A DNA stretch of 64,000 nt from Octopus vulgaris (lineage: Eukaryota). Under the pieces are notes generated by a model. That model searched no databases. It saw only the letters and a list, made by a program, of their open reading frames with translations, and was not told the origin of the DNA. The DNA is taken from positions 31,496,001 through 31,560,000 of the forward strand of contig OX597829.1 of assembly GCA_951406725.2 (NCBI GenBank). Direction: 5' to 3'. Below are positions 12,655 to 24,310 of this stretch, piece by piece. Within the stretch, counting starts at the first letter, position 1. Each line of letters starts with the position of its first letter. A program made the position numbers and the translations under genes.

Positions 12655-13379
12655 CTGTGTACATGTGTGTGTGTGCGTAGGTTACAAGAGCTTAACCTAT
12701 GTCAGACTGATACGACAACCGAGTATTTTCGTGGAATACGTTTGCTTTTTTCTTGTTACTACTGCTGTTAAGCACTCATGTCGGCCATGATCGTGCATTT
12801 TTTTAAAAATGAAACTGCGTTCCAAATACGACCGTCAACATTGTTTTGTTTTGTTTTGTTTTTACGGGTGTAGGAGACTGACAAAACCATCAGAAGTGCA
12901 CTTTACTTTTCCTCATTTAAGCTTCTATATAGTGTAGCTTGAAAAAGAGTTATCTGCTATGTCTAATATGTCGAGAATTCATGTAGAAACCACGTGGTTG
13001 AATTCGGTGTTAGTCGCGCGCGGGCGGGGCAAAGAGTGAAAAGTGTCACGTGTCCTGATGCAGGTAGCACATTTCCTTTGAACGCTCCTAACTGCAAAGT
13101 TTTTTATTTGACTTGCAGCAGCACCCTCAGGAATCAATGCGAGTACTGAACGAGCGCCTACATTGTACTTACACTTTGTCTTTGCTGCTGCTGCTGCTGC
13201 TGCTGCTACCGCCGCCGCCGCCGCTGCTTAGATTTGCCATGAATGAGCAAACTCAGTAGCATAGCTAGAATGTGTGTGCCGACCGGGATAGTTTGTATTT
13301 GCCGATCCCTATCTCTGCCCCTATATATATAGGCTTATACAAACGAAATCAAAACTGCCGACTCTATAAAAGCATCAGC

Positions 13380-13595
13380 TAGGGCGGATTAACCTCATCG
13401 CTCACCTCAACCCCAACGACGCTACAGAGCAAATTTTATGATCAACGGCATTCCAGCTGTGACCGTCTCTTCTATTTTTAAGCAGAGTGTAACCTCGACA
13501 CCCATTATGCATTGCATCCTTACTTAAAACGGTAGGGTGTTACCAGAGGAAGATTTGGCTGCTATTTCTAGTATATAACGGTCGTGTTTAATCTA
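13380..13595 (-). mobile_element. Old dispersed repeat (SINE-like family F)
   Basis: AGAAATAGCAGCCAAAT..CACCCTAC and GGTCAC.GCTGGAATGCC.TTGATCATA blocks recur near 25350-25510, 25700-25770, 27740-27775 and 34580-34760. Confidence 0.55.
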
Positions 13596-13616
13596 GGTAT
13601 TTGTGGTGGTGTAGAC

Positions 13617-15090
13617 TAATGTAGACTAATTAATCCAGCTAAAACTGAAATAAGTATTATTAACAAATATATTTTAGACAGTATTTTAAGCAAGTTAGAT
13701 AGTGAATTAAAGTTACGGGTTTGGAAAAATAATAAGTCCGTGATAGATTGGTTCAAAGGGATTAACCATAAGCATAACTGCAAATTTACGCAGTGTGATA
13801 TTGTCGACTTTTACCCTAGGCCTTTGCTTCTAAAAGCATTAAACTTCGCCAAGCAATATGTCACCATCGATAACTCGGAAATAGATATTATCCTGCATGC
13901 AAGGAAATCTCTTCTTTTTTTACAAGGATTCTATCTGGGTCAAAAGGAGTGGGGATTCTCTTTTCGATGTACTGATGGGAGGATATGATGGGACAGAGTT
14001 ATGTAAGCTTATAGGAACTTATATTTTGCATAATCTGCATCTAGAATGAGTTAGATAAACTTAGGAAGAATCTGATTACTTTCTTCCAAAGAATGGGCTT
14101 ACGGATTACGATAGAAAGTAACCTTAAAAACGTAGATTTTTTTTAGATATCAACTTAGATTTACAATTAGATAAATTTAAACCCTATCGTAAGCCCAATG
14201 AACAGCTACGTTATATTAGCAAAGAATCTAATCATCCACCCATAATTCTTAAGAACCTAGTTAGTACTGTAGGAAGGCGTATATCATCAATTTTTTCGGA
14301 TGAGACAGCATTTCAAAATGCTGCGCCGTATTACAATAAGACATTAAGGAAAAGTGGATTCTCAGAGAAGATCCAGTTTAGTCAAGTTAATTCTAGCAAT
14401 AATAGGCCACGTAGAACTAAAACTAGGAAGGTCTTGTGGTTTAACCCCGCATTTAATATGGTCGTAAAAACTAATATAGGTAGGGAATTCTTAAAATTAG
14501 TTTCTAAGAACTTTCAATCTAGCCATAAGTTCTATAGAATTTTTAATAGAACACTGAAGGTTAGCTATTCTTGTTGCAAAAACTTCACCTCTTTTATTAG
14601 CCAGCATAACACAAAAATTATTACAGACAACTGCAGTGCCAAATCTAATCTGAGGAACTGCAACTTCAAAGATGAGACTTGCTGTCTGCTGGATGGAAAA
14701 TGTCTTTTTATGGAGCCAAAGTGCAAGTAGATGGCTCGCAAGAATATAAAACATATGCAGGGGCTTCAGAGAATTCATTCAAGACTCGATGCTATTCCCA
14801 CCGAAATTCTTTCCGATACCCCGAGAACGAGTCAGCAACTAGTTTTGCAAAGCAAGTCTGAGAACTGAAAGAGAATGACACCCGTCCTTTGAATGTAACC
14901 TGGGAAATTTTAGAAAAAGCATCAGCATATAGATATGGAGCTTATAAAAGACCTATGAAATGTAATCTTTGCCTCTCAGAAAAGTTCTTCATCTTGATCC
15001 AGGATAAAAACGCTTTGAACCAGAGACGCGAGCTCTTAAATTCCTGCATGCACGCTACAAAATTTAAAATGTCAACCGACAAAAAACCGT
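13617..15090 (+). pseudogene. Decayed Penelope-like RT + GIY-YIG ORF, Naiad-like
   Basis: CRLINPAK, VIDWFKGI, DIVDFYP, HARKSLLF, YDGTELC, KPYRKPN..ESNHPP, KCNLCLSEKF, LNQRRELLNSCMH; several frameshifts, and the catalytic YRDD segment is deleted. The clade name is from memory of family motifs. Confidence 0.85.
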
Positions 15091-15736
15091 GTGGGCAAAA
15101 TGTTTTGACTTTCGAAATACCTTTTCTACTGTCGCATTTGAATTTGACTTTACACGGTATAGTTATTTTGCATCGCAACGCTTATGTATCTTTCGACTTC
15201 ATTTTTAAGAAAGCCTTCGACTGTTTTATAAATTTAATTTTAAGCTTAAGTTTCGCCGAGGTTTATTTTTATTATTTTTATTTTTATCTTTATTTTTTAC
15301 TCACGTATTTAATTATGTTGCATCAAAATCTCTATAAATAAATATATATGCACATATAATAAAGACCTAATAAATTAATTTTTCATATTTAAACATGAAA
15401 TAGCTAATTTCAAAAATACAAACAAACCATCTTAAACGAACGCTATAGTAAATTAACTATCTTTATCTCTTTGGCTAAATAATAACTTTCAAAAATCTTA
15501 TCTTTAAAGTACTTAAAGAAATAATCAATTCATAGTTATATAGTAACAAATAAATACTATAAATACATTTATCAATGGGAATAATGTAACTAGCAAATAA
15601 CAATTTTAAAAGACAATATATAAGTTAAAATAATAATTATAAGAAATTTAAAATTACGATTAATGCTATTAATACATGTATATACATGAATCTAACTTAT
15701 ACAAACTCATATACTTGCTATCAAACAACATATCTA

Positions 15737-15798
<62 letters not shown>

Positions 15799-15802
<4 letters not shown>

Positions 15803-16030
15803 CGCATATTTACCATTTGAATATGGCTAACCCCTAAGGGTGGATGCTACTGTAGTTTGTAGCCCCAGGAAGATATCTCCTCCAGCTGGCTATAGACACA
15901 CTATCTGTGCCCTATCAGTATTTGTGAAGGGAAGTCATCCTTCCCGTCTTCAACTTATGATACACACGGACTCGAGTTTCAAGGTGTTTACCTTTCGTCA
16001 GCGTGTGACAATCATAGTTGTCGACGAGAA
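15799..16030 (-). mobile_element. Solo pLTR-like unit carrying a hammerhead, between (TA)n tracts
   Basis: About 230 bp non-repetitive unit flanked by (TA)n on both sides; contains the motif at 15963-16007. Confidence 0.7.
15963..16007 (-). ncRNA. Type I hammerhead ribozyme, canonical core
   Basis: cacacg CTGACGA aaggt-aaac-acctt GAAA ctcgag TC cgtgtg: 6-bp stem I, 5-bp stem II, palindromic stem III, GUC triplet. Confidence 0.9.
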
Positions 16031-16089
16031 TATATATATATATATATAGATATAGATATATATAGATATAGATATATACATGTAATTTT

Positions 16090-16580
<491 letters not shown>

Positions 16581-16705
16581 ATATATATATATATATATAT
16601 ATATATAACGGGAAGCTTTATGAAAATAAACAAAAGACGAAGGCAGGTGGAAAACAAACGAACAATTGTATTAGTATGGCGCTCAGGAAATATAAATAAA
16701 ACAAG

Positions 16706-16743
16706 TCTTTAACGTTTCGAGCCTACGCTCTTCAACAGAAAGA
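16706..16743 (-). ncRNA. Minimal type I hammerhead-like motif in the pLTR, CUGUUGA core
   Basis: tcttt CTGTTGA a gagc-gtag-gctc GAAA cg TT aaaga; AACGTT palindrome at stem III. Confidence 0.75.
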
Positions 16744-17569
16744 TACACAGAGAGAGAAAAACACAGAAAGAAGGAGAGAAAAAAATGCGTGCAGTAGCTA
16801 ACGAATCAACATGGCGATCTGATTTCGGCCAGAGGTCAAAGATCAAACATGAGACGCGAGAGCGAAATAAGGGGAGATAATAGGGTTGATAAAGGGGTTG
16901 AGGGACCAGCTAAAAGTGCGTGGGAGGGGTCTGGATGTATGTATGTATAGGGTTGGTGTATGTATTAGTATGTATAAGGGTGTGTGTGTGTATGAGAGAG
17001 TATTAGTGCGTAAGATTGGTCTGGACGTGCGTATGTATGGGGTTGGTGTATGTATTAGTATGTATTAGTATGTATTAGTACGTATTGGTATGTATAGGTG
17101 TGTGTGTGTGTGTGAGAGAGAGTATAAGTGCGTATGCGGGGTCTGGACGTGTGTATGTATAGGGTTGGTGTAAGTATTAGTATGTACTAGTATGTATTAG
17201 TACGTATTAGTATGTATTAGTTGGTGTGTGTATTAGTATGGCACATCATATGTGATGTGATGTGTAAAGTCATGTGGTGTAGTGAGGAAAGAAGAGGGGG
17301 AGGGGGAGAAGAGGGGGGAGAGAAGGGGAGGGGAAGAAGAGGGGGAGGAGAGGATGGGGAGAAGGAAGGGGATGAGGGGGATGAGGGGGATGAAGGAGGA
17401 AAGAGGGAGAGGGGGAGAGAGAAGGGGAGAGAGGGAGTGAGGGAGCAGAGGGAAGGGGAAGAGGGAGGGAGAAAGAGGGAAAAGGGAAGGGGAGTAGGGG
17501 TGAAAGGATGAAGGACTGAAGAAGTAGGGGTCGGGGGAGAAAGGATAGGTGAGGAGGGGGAGAGGGGGG

Positions 17570-19224
17570 TTAGATGAGGAGGGGGGAGAGTTGAGACCAA
17601 ATGGCGTATAAGAGCGAAGAGAGAAGATTAATTCCTGTTCACGGCGCAAACGGGAATCCGGATGGCCTCTGTGTAAGGACAAACCGAACACAGATAGGTG
17701 TTGCAAGGAGTGACCGGTGGAGCGGAAATGGCGTGAGACCGGTGTGTCGTTCGCAAGGTGGATGTCACGAAGGTGTTCCGCGAACCGGTCAGCCAAGCGG
17801 CGTCCCGTTTGTCCGATGTACAAGGAATTGCAGAGAGAGCAAGAGATGCAATAGATAATATTGCTGGAGGTGCAGGTGAAGGAGTGGATGATGGGATAGG
17901 GTCGATGGTGGGTGCTAGTGAGGCGGGTGGTGTTGGAGAGGTAAGGGCAAGTGCGGCAACGTGGGCGGGAGCAGGGGAACGAGCCGGGTTGGGAGGTAGG
18001 GTCAGGGAAGGAGCTATGGACCAAAAGATCTCGAAGGTTGTGGGCTCGTTTGAAAGAGGGGAGGGGTCGGTTAGGGAAGAGGTGTGAAGTGGACGGGTCG
18101 GACTGGAGATGACGGAAAGCTCGAAGAATGGTGCGTTGGAGACGTAGGGCCGTGGGGTGGTAAGTGAGGGGAAAAGGGAGGCGGGAGACTACAGGGCGGG
18201 TTCGGGGAGAGAGAGCAGATACACGGTCCACGGACCGTGCTCTGGCAAGGGCAGTGTGGATAGTGGTGAGGGGGTATCCACGTAGGGTGAAGTGGTGAGC
18301 CATACGTTGAGACTGAGTCTCAAAGTCATGGTCGTCACTACAGAGCCTACGTAGACGGAGGAATTGGGAATAGGGGATGGAAAGCTTGGTGTGTTCTGGG
18401 TGGGAGGAAGAGAAGTTGAGGTATGAGTGTGAGTCTGTGTGTTTGTAGTGAATGGAGGTGGTAAGAGTGGAGTGAAGAATGCTAACCGAAATGTCGAGGA
18501 AGGAGACAGAGGTGTTGGAGATAGTGGAAGTGAAGTGGAGGGCTGGATGGAAAGATTGGACGAAAGAGAGGAAGGAATCTAGATGTTCGCGGGAGAGTGA
18601 GGTGGCACCGATAATGTCGTCAATATAACGACCATATAGTTCAGGAGTGGGACCAGTGAAATTAGAGAATATTTGGGCCTCAACATAGCCAACGAACAGG
18701 TTCGCATAGTTGGGGCCCATTCGCGTTCCCATGGCCACTCCCGAGACCTGATGGTAGAACTCGCCCGCGAACGAGAAGCAGTTCAGAGTAAGGACAAGTT
18801 CGGCCAGACGAATGAGTGTGGAGGTGTCAGGTACAGGGTTAGAGCGGAGGTCAAGAAAGTGTCGAAGGGCCTGCAGTCCTTCGTGGTGAGGGATAACAGT
18901 ATAGAGGCTTTGGATGTCCATAGTAAAGAGGATTTTGGAGGAGCCGGGAGGAAAGGAGAAAGAGTTGAAAAGCCGGAGAGCATGGTTGGTATCGTGGATG
19001 TGGGAGGGAAGAGATGCCACTAGGGGGGCAAGGACACGGTCGAGGTATTTAGAGATGAGCTCCGTGGGGCAGTTACAGGCGGAGACGATGGGGCGGCCAG
19101 GGTTGTTGGGTTTGTGGATTTTGGGGAGGAAGTAAATGGTGGGGGGTACGTGGGGTTCGCACACTTAGGTTGGATGCGGTGCGGGGGAGACGGGAGGACG
19201 AGATGAGGTCTTGGACAGTAGAGG

Positions 19225-19225
<1 letters not shown>
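17570..19225 (-). CDS. PLE reverse transcriptase-GIY-YIG endonuclease polyprotein (5'-partial; two 1-nt indels in G runs)
   Basis: YFLPKIHK, GRPIVS, MDIQSLYT, GVAMGTRMGP, RYIDD, FLDI, CSRPRCRTC, IYCISCSLCNSLYIGQT, REQELI, GLN; the ORF track gives 17233-19164. Confidence 0.93.
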
Positions 19226-19255
<30 letters not shown>

Positions 19256-19307
19256 CATACATACATACATACATACATACATACATACATACATACATAC
19301 ATACATA

Positions 19308-20560
19308 CGAGAGGTGTTCATTAAAGATTTCCCCTGACCCATTTCACAAGGACTGGGATAAACGAAACTTGGCATAATTATAAGCCCTTCTCTACATAGC
19401 CACTACCAATAGTGACACGCTTCTTTCATCGCTTTATGCAGCTGTGAAGACCTTGTCTGTAGATGTCGGTCGGTTGCATCTGGAACCAAGACTTTACCTC
19501 GAAATTAATTCATCATCCGAAAAGTGCTTCCCCTTCAAAAAAGACTTCATGATTGGAAGTCAGATGGTGCAAGGTCGGGAAAGTAAGATAGATGAGAAAG
19601 GATTTAATAGCCGTAAGAGTGTGCTTTCATATGGGCAACATGCACATTGTGAACTGGGACGTTGGTTTGGAGAAGGCGGACTCCTTTGGTCAGCATGCCC
19701 AGCCTCTCTGCTTTGATGGCGTCCCGTAATTTCTGTAGCAGAGAAGCATTATATACCTCATTAATTTTGGTGCTCTTTGCCAGAAAATCTATCATCACTA
19801 CTCCGCGCTGGTCCCAAAAGATTGTGAGCATCACCTTGCCTGCTGAGGGTTGGACACGAGCCTTCTTTGGAGAGGGTGAATTATTATGCTTCTATTGCTT
19901 CGACTGGACTTTTTGGTCTTAGGATCATAGTGATGGATCCATGTTTCATCTTGTGTGATAAGCCTGCCGAAAAGTTCTCATTTTCTTGGCACTTTGCTAA
20001 AAGAGCCTGGAACAATTAACTCATTCCTGCTTTTGAAAAGGTGAGAGCATCCGGGAAATCGATGGTGCAGACAACTTGCGCATGTGCAAATGGTCGTGAA
20101 GGATTTTTTCCACGGACCCTATACTTATCTTCACTTCTTGAGCTAGTTGCCGAATAGTAATGCAGTGATCCTCCAAATAGGTGGCTTCCACTTTATGGAT
20201 GGATGTGGTTGCCCGCGAATAAGAGCAGTTTCCACCGATATCCTACCACATTTGAAATACCGATGCCAGTACTTGACTACGTCATATGATGGTGCATCGT
20301 CACCATAAACTTCTTTCATCTCATCGAAATTCTCTTTTGGTGTATGGCCTTTCAAGTATAAGAACTTGATACTGGTCTGCATTCCACCGTCTCCATTATA
20401 GCATTTTGGTCCTCTTCAGCAGCGGTAAAAGGCAAAAGAATACTAGTGGGAAGCTGCAATTTACTATGTGACATGTAGAGGCATGAATGATTATACACAA
20501 GTTCTGTTTCCTGCAATAACCGGAAGTGGGTCAGGGGCAATCCTTAATGAACACTGCTCG
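19308..20560 (-). mobile_element. Mariner (Tc1/mariner) DNA transposon, full length, decayed
   Basis: About 35-bp TIRs CGAG.(G/A)GTGTTCATTAA.GATT.CCCCTGACCCA at both ends; TA on the left, TG on the right; length 1253 bp. Confidence 0.92.
19381..20397 (-). pseudogene. Mariner transposase pseudogene
   Basis: IKFLYLKG..EVYGDDAPSY..W...FKCG, KVMLTIFWDQRGV, PDLAPSDF, GYVEK; frameshifted. Confidence 0.9.
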
Positions 20561-20777
20561 TGTGTGCGCGCGCGCGCGTGTGTGTATAAAGAGTATAAAA
20601 GGGTTAAATTATCCTAGCGGATACTGAATTATCACATAGAATGGTATAGATGCATGCTATCCACAACAGTCCAATTACATCGTACTCAAGTATAAAATAG
20701 ATACTGATACTTATAAGCTTCACTTATTGGGTAGTTCCATGTTCCTATTCAGAACTGCAAATATTCCTGAGAATATA

Positions 20778-21442
20778 TAATTGAAAACCGAGAGGAGGGT
20801 GGAGATTTATTCACATCTAAAACTTTTTTATTAAAAAGTTTTCTACACCACATATAACAATGACCAACATATATTTCTACTGTAACAACTGCACATTGCT
20901 TTGTATGCAATTATGCATCGTAGCTGTTGCAATTTTATCAAGGATCCATCACTTACGACGTTTTCAAAGTGAACTAATTCAAACAAGCTTTCTGCATTGG
21001 TATTCAGTTGAATGTGATAGCGTAACTATTTAAATCGAATTGAATTCTGGTCTTATGATCACCTCTGCTGGTATCACTGTGGAATCGTGGTTTTAAAGCT
21101 GCTACAATTAATTGTAATATAAACAACCAATTTAAAATCGCGATTCAACTGTAATACCAGTAGAGGTGATCATAAGACCAGAATTCAATTCGATTTAAAA
21201 AGTAATGCTATCACCTTCAACTGAATGCCAACGCAGTAAGCCTGTTTGAATTAGTTCACTTTGAAAACACTGTAAGTGATGGACCCTTGATGAAATTGCA
21301 GCACTAGGATGTATAAATTGCATACGGAGCAATGTGCAGTTGCTGCAGTAGAAACATATGTTGGTTATATGGTGTAGAAAATCTTTTAACAAAAAAGTTT
21401 TAGATGTGAATAAATCTCCACCCTCCTCTCAGTTTTCTATTA
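20778..21442. repeat. About 660-bp foldback palindrome (MITE-like)
   Basis: 20783-21097 aligns along its length with the reverse complement of 21131-21437; spacer about 33 bp. Confidence 0.9.
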
Positions 21443-22006
21443 CACACACACACACACATACATACACACACATATTACCTTTTACTTGTTTCAATCATTA
21501 GACGGCAGCCTTGTTAGGACTTACATAACTGTAGAAGTCTTACGTTATATTAATATTTTGTAGCCAATACCTGGAGAGTATGTATGTGTGTGTGTTTGTG
21601 TGTGTGTTTGTGCGTGTTGTGTGTGTATCTGTGTGTGTGAATGCGCGCGCAGATGTGTGAATGTACACTTAAGCACACATACACACTCGAATTAGTACTG
21701 ATGATACCCGCAGATATATCAGCATATACATGTACATATATACATATGTAACCCCACACCTACCGCTCCTTCCTACCTCCCTCCAACCACACGACCGATA
21801 TCTTGTCCACCACGCGGTCGATTTCCTGTTCACCATGCAGTATTTTCCATCTAATTGCTGTCCCTAAGTACCAACATCAATATCGCGTGACCTTTCTCGA
21901 CCAATCGTAGACTAACGTCCAGCAATAAACATTGATTCACTTCAATCGAACCCTCATTCAGACTCCAATGTCCGAAGACTAGCTTGAAACTAAGAGTACC
22001 AAGGAT

Positions 22007-22046
<40 letters not shown>

Positions 22047-22052
22047 CATATA

Positions 22053-22260
22053 TATGGCCAGCCCCAAAGGAAAATCTAAGCCAAGCGCATTAGATTCCTT
22101 AGAAGAAAGCCTCGAATGTATACAAAACAAGGACACAAAAACGGACGATGTTACACGAATAAGAATACAAAAATACGTAAAAACAATAATGATAATAATA
22201 ATAACAGAAACAGGACGTCACAGACAGGCGTCTTTTCGACAGGACGAGTAAATTTTGAGC
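22053..22260 (-). mobile_element. Short dispersed repeat homologous to 768-930, probable pLTR fragment
   Basis: Shared blocks listed under 768-930; abuts (TA)n. Confidence 0.5.
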
Positions 22261-22434
22261 TGGCGTGTTAGAAAAATGCCTTGGGGCAGAGAGAGAAAAA
22301 AAATGTGTCTTGTCGCGACGACTGCTAACCACAAAAAGGCCGGCAATCGGTCAGTTAGTCACGTGTGAGGAGAAGAGAGAGGAAAAGAGGGACAGATGAA
22401 GAGAGAAAAAAGATGAACAAGGAACAAAGGAGGA

Positions 22435-22482
<48 letters not shown>

Positions 22483-23784
22483 AAAGTGGAGTGCAAAGTG
22501 TGAAAGGCAGATATTAGAAGAAATGAGGTACTCAGAAAATCGGATGGTTTATATTTACAGATATTTATTTGTATATTACATTTTTTATACATCATATAAC
22601 TTAGATCATGTATTAGCGCCTTCTCCCATTCTAGTGGGGTTTTCAAATCAAACTAAGTTCAGGAATGTCGACTGTTCATATCGTTACATAAGCGTACGAT
22701 GTGTCTGTCCATGGTCCAAAATATTTAACTCTTAACAAAACAAAACAAACAAAAAGGAACCTACTCCATCTACCTGTGAATAAGGCACCACCAGGCGCTG
22801 GAAAGAACCTACTAATTGTTGTAAACAGCTACAGCATAGTGAAAATAAATTAGTGTTCTGTAGTGCAAAGTTCGGAGTTGCAGGAAAATTCAGTGTATCT
22901 TTACTTCAGGATGAACCTGATAATAATTCTACTTACAAAACTGTATTTGTTCGAGGGAAAACGTAAGAGGAAAATCATGAGAGGACAACAAAGAAAAGGG
23001 AAGATAAAATCCAGCAACAAATAAACAGAGAGGACAATATCTTTGCAAAGTAGCGAATTGGCAGCAGCATTATTAGAGCGTCGAATAGAATATCTTACGT
23101 CATTCATTACGGCTCAATGAATAACTGCAGGCAGAGTTCAAATACCATTAAAGTTAACTTTGTCTTTCATCCTTTTCAGGGGTCGATAAAATAAAGTACC
23201 AGAGGGAAGTAGGTAAAGTACCAGAGAGAAGTAGATTTCACTCTTCCCTTTGTGTATATCTCTCTTACTCTTTCTTTCTGTATGACTGTGTCATTTTGTC
23301 TTTCACTTCATTTCTCTTCGCTTTCTCCAGGAGAAATCATCTGTGGTCAGACCTGGTGAGAAATAGGCACTGTTAGATTGAAATGCTCCAGAATCTGATC
23401 TTTTGCCCAAGGGTGGTGACTGAAATGCATCTGTTGCTATTTTTTGTTTTATTTTTATTTTATATCTTTTTTTTTAAGGATATCTAAATAAGTTCTTTGA
23501 TAGAAATGTCGGTCTTCATTTTATATTTAGGTATCAGCAAATATGGAACATGTGAAACACTGAGACAATTTCTTGAGCAGAACGTAACAAGATCTTGAGT
23601 ATCCAGTGAAACAAGTTTAATGAACAAGTAGTCATCTCATAATTAAACAAATTTGTCCGAGTTAATTAATTGGTCAAGCGTAAACTGATGGACAGAGCAT
23701 TGTGCTGGCTGGATATCTTGGCTCCAAAAAATAGTTTTTATTTTGTGTTTTATATTTGTTTAATATATTTCAAATTTTTGTACA

Positions 23785-23960
23785 AGGCCAGAAATTTTAG
23801 AGTAGGGGATAAGTCGCTTACATCGATCTCAGTGTTCTACTGATATGTATTTTATTGACCCCGAAAGATGAAAGGCAAAGTCGACCACGGCGGAACTTGA
23901 ACTCAGACGTACGAAATATTGCTAAGCCTTTCGCTTGGCGTGCTAACGATTCTGCCAGCA
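23785..23960 (-). mobile_element. SINE family B variant, decayed
   Basis: GACCCCGAAAGATGAAAGGCAAAGTCGACC core. Confidence 0.75.
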
Positions 23961-24029
23961 CGCAGTTTAATATGGAAAATTATTATGGGCTATTACTTGA
24001 TATGGAGAATCCATATCTTTTATCTATTA

Positions 24030-24310
24030 TTAGGAGTGCAGCTATACTGGAACAAATCAACCCCGGTGCTTATTTTTTAAAGTCTGGTGTTTTTACTATT
24101 GATCTCATTTGCCGAACCGTTAAGTTACTGAAACAAGCTAACACCGATTGTCAAGTGGTACTGCGGAACAAACACGAACACACACACAAGCACGTACACA
24201 TGCACATACGCATGGACACATATGCACACACACACACGTAGAACGTACTTCAACACAATTTCCATCTACCAAATCCATTCACAAGACATGTGTAGAAGAC
24301 ACTTTCCCTT
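24030..24310 (-). mobile_element. SINE family A, decayed
   Basis: TTTGCCGAACCG and TTTCCATCTACCAAATCCA..AGAAGACACTT blocks. Confidence 0.65.

Larger units (their letters stand above)
16607..19225 (-). mobile_element. Neptune-type Penelope-like element, 5'-truncated, inserted in (TA)n
   Basis: RT + Cys linker + GIY-YIG ORF, low-complexity 3' UTR, pLTR with hammerhead; (TA)n at both ends. Confidence 0.95.

Noticed and set aside
14859-14861. In-frame TGA in the Naiad-like ORF as possible selenocysteine
   Set aside because: It sits where related proteins have Trp (TGG to TGA), the Cys positions use TGY, the copy is decayed and I saw no SECIS-like hairpin
17233-17569. Pro/Ser/Leu-rich C-terminal extension of the PLE ORF
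   Set aside because: Explained by a 1-nt deletion in a G run; the sister copy stops right after the GLN-equivalent motif
21964-22004. CCGAAGA..GAAACTAAGAGTA hammerhead-like string
   Set aside because: Stem III and the triplet fit, but stems I and II do not pair; at best a decayed relic, so it is not counted
22210-22250. CTGTCGA..AGAC-GCCT-GTCT on the minus strand
   Set aside because: No GAAA and no stem I
22890-23135. Possible host exons (DEPDNNSTYKTVFVRGK; ELAAALLERRIEYLTSFIT) and an acceptor at about 23329
   Set aside because: Frames are short, contain stops and cannot be joined into a recognisable protein; needs RNA-seq or BLAST
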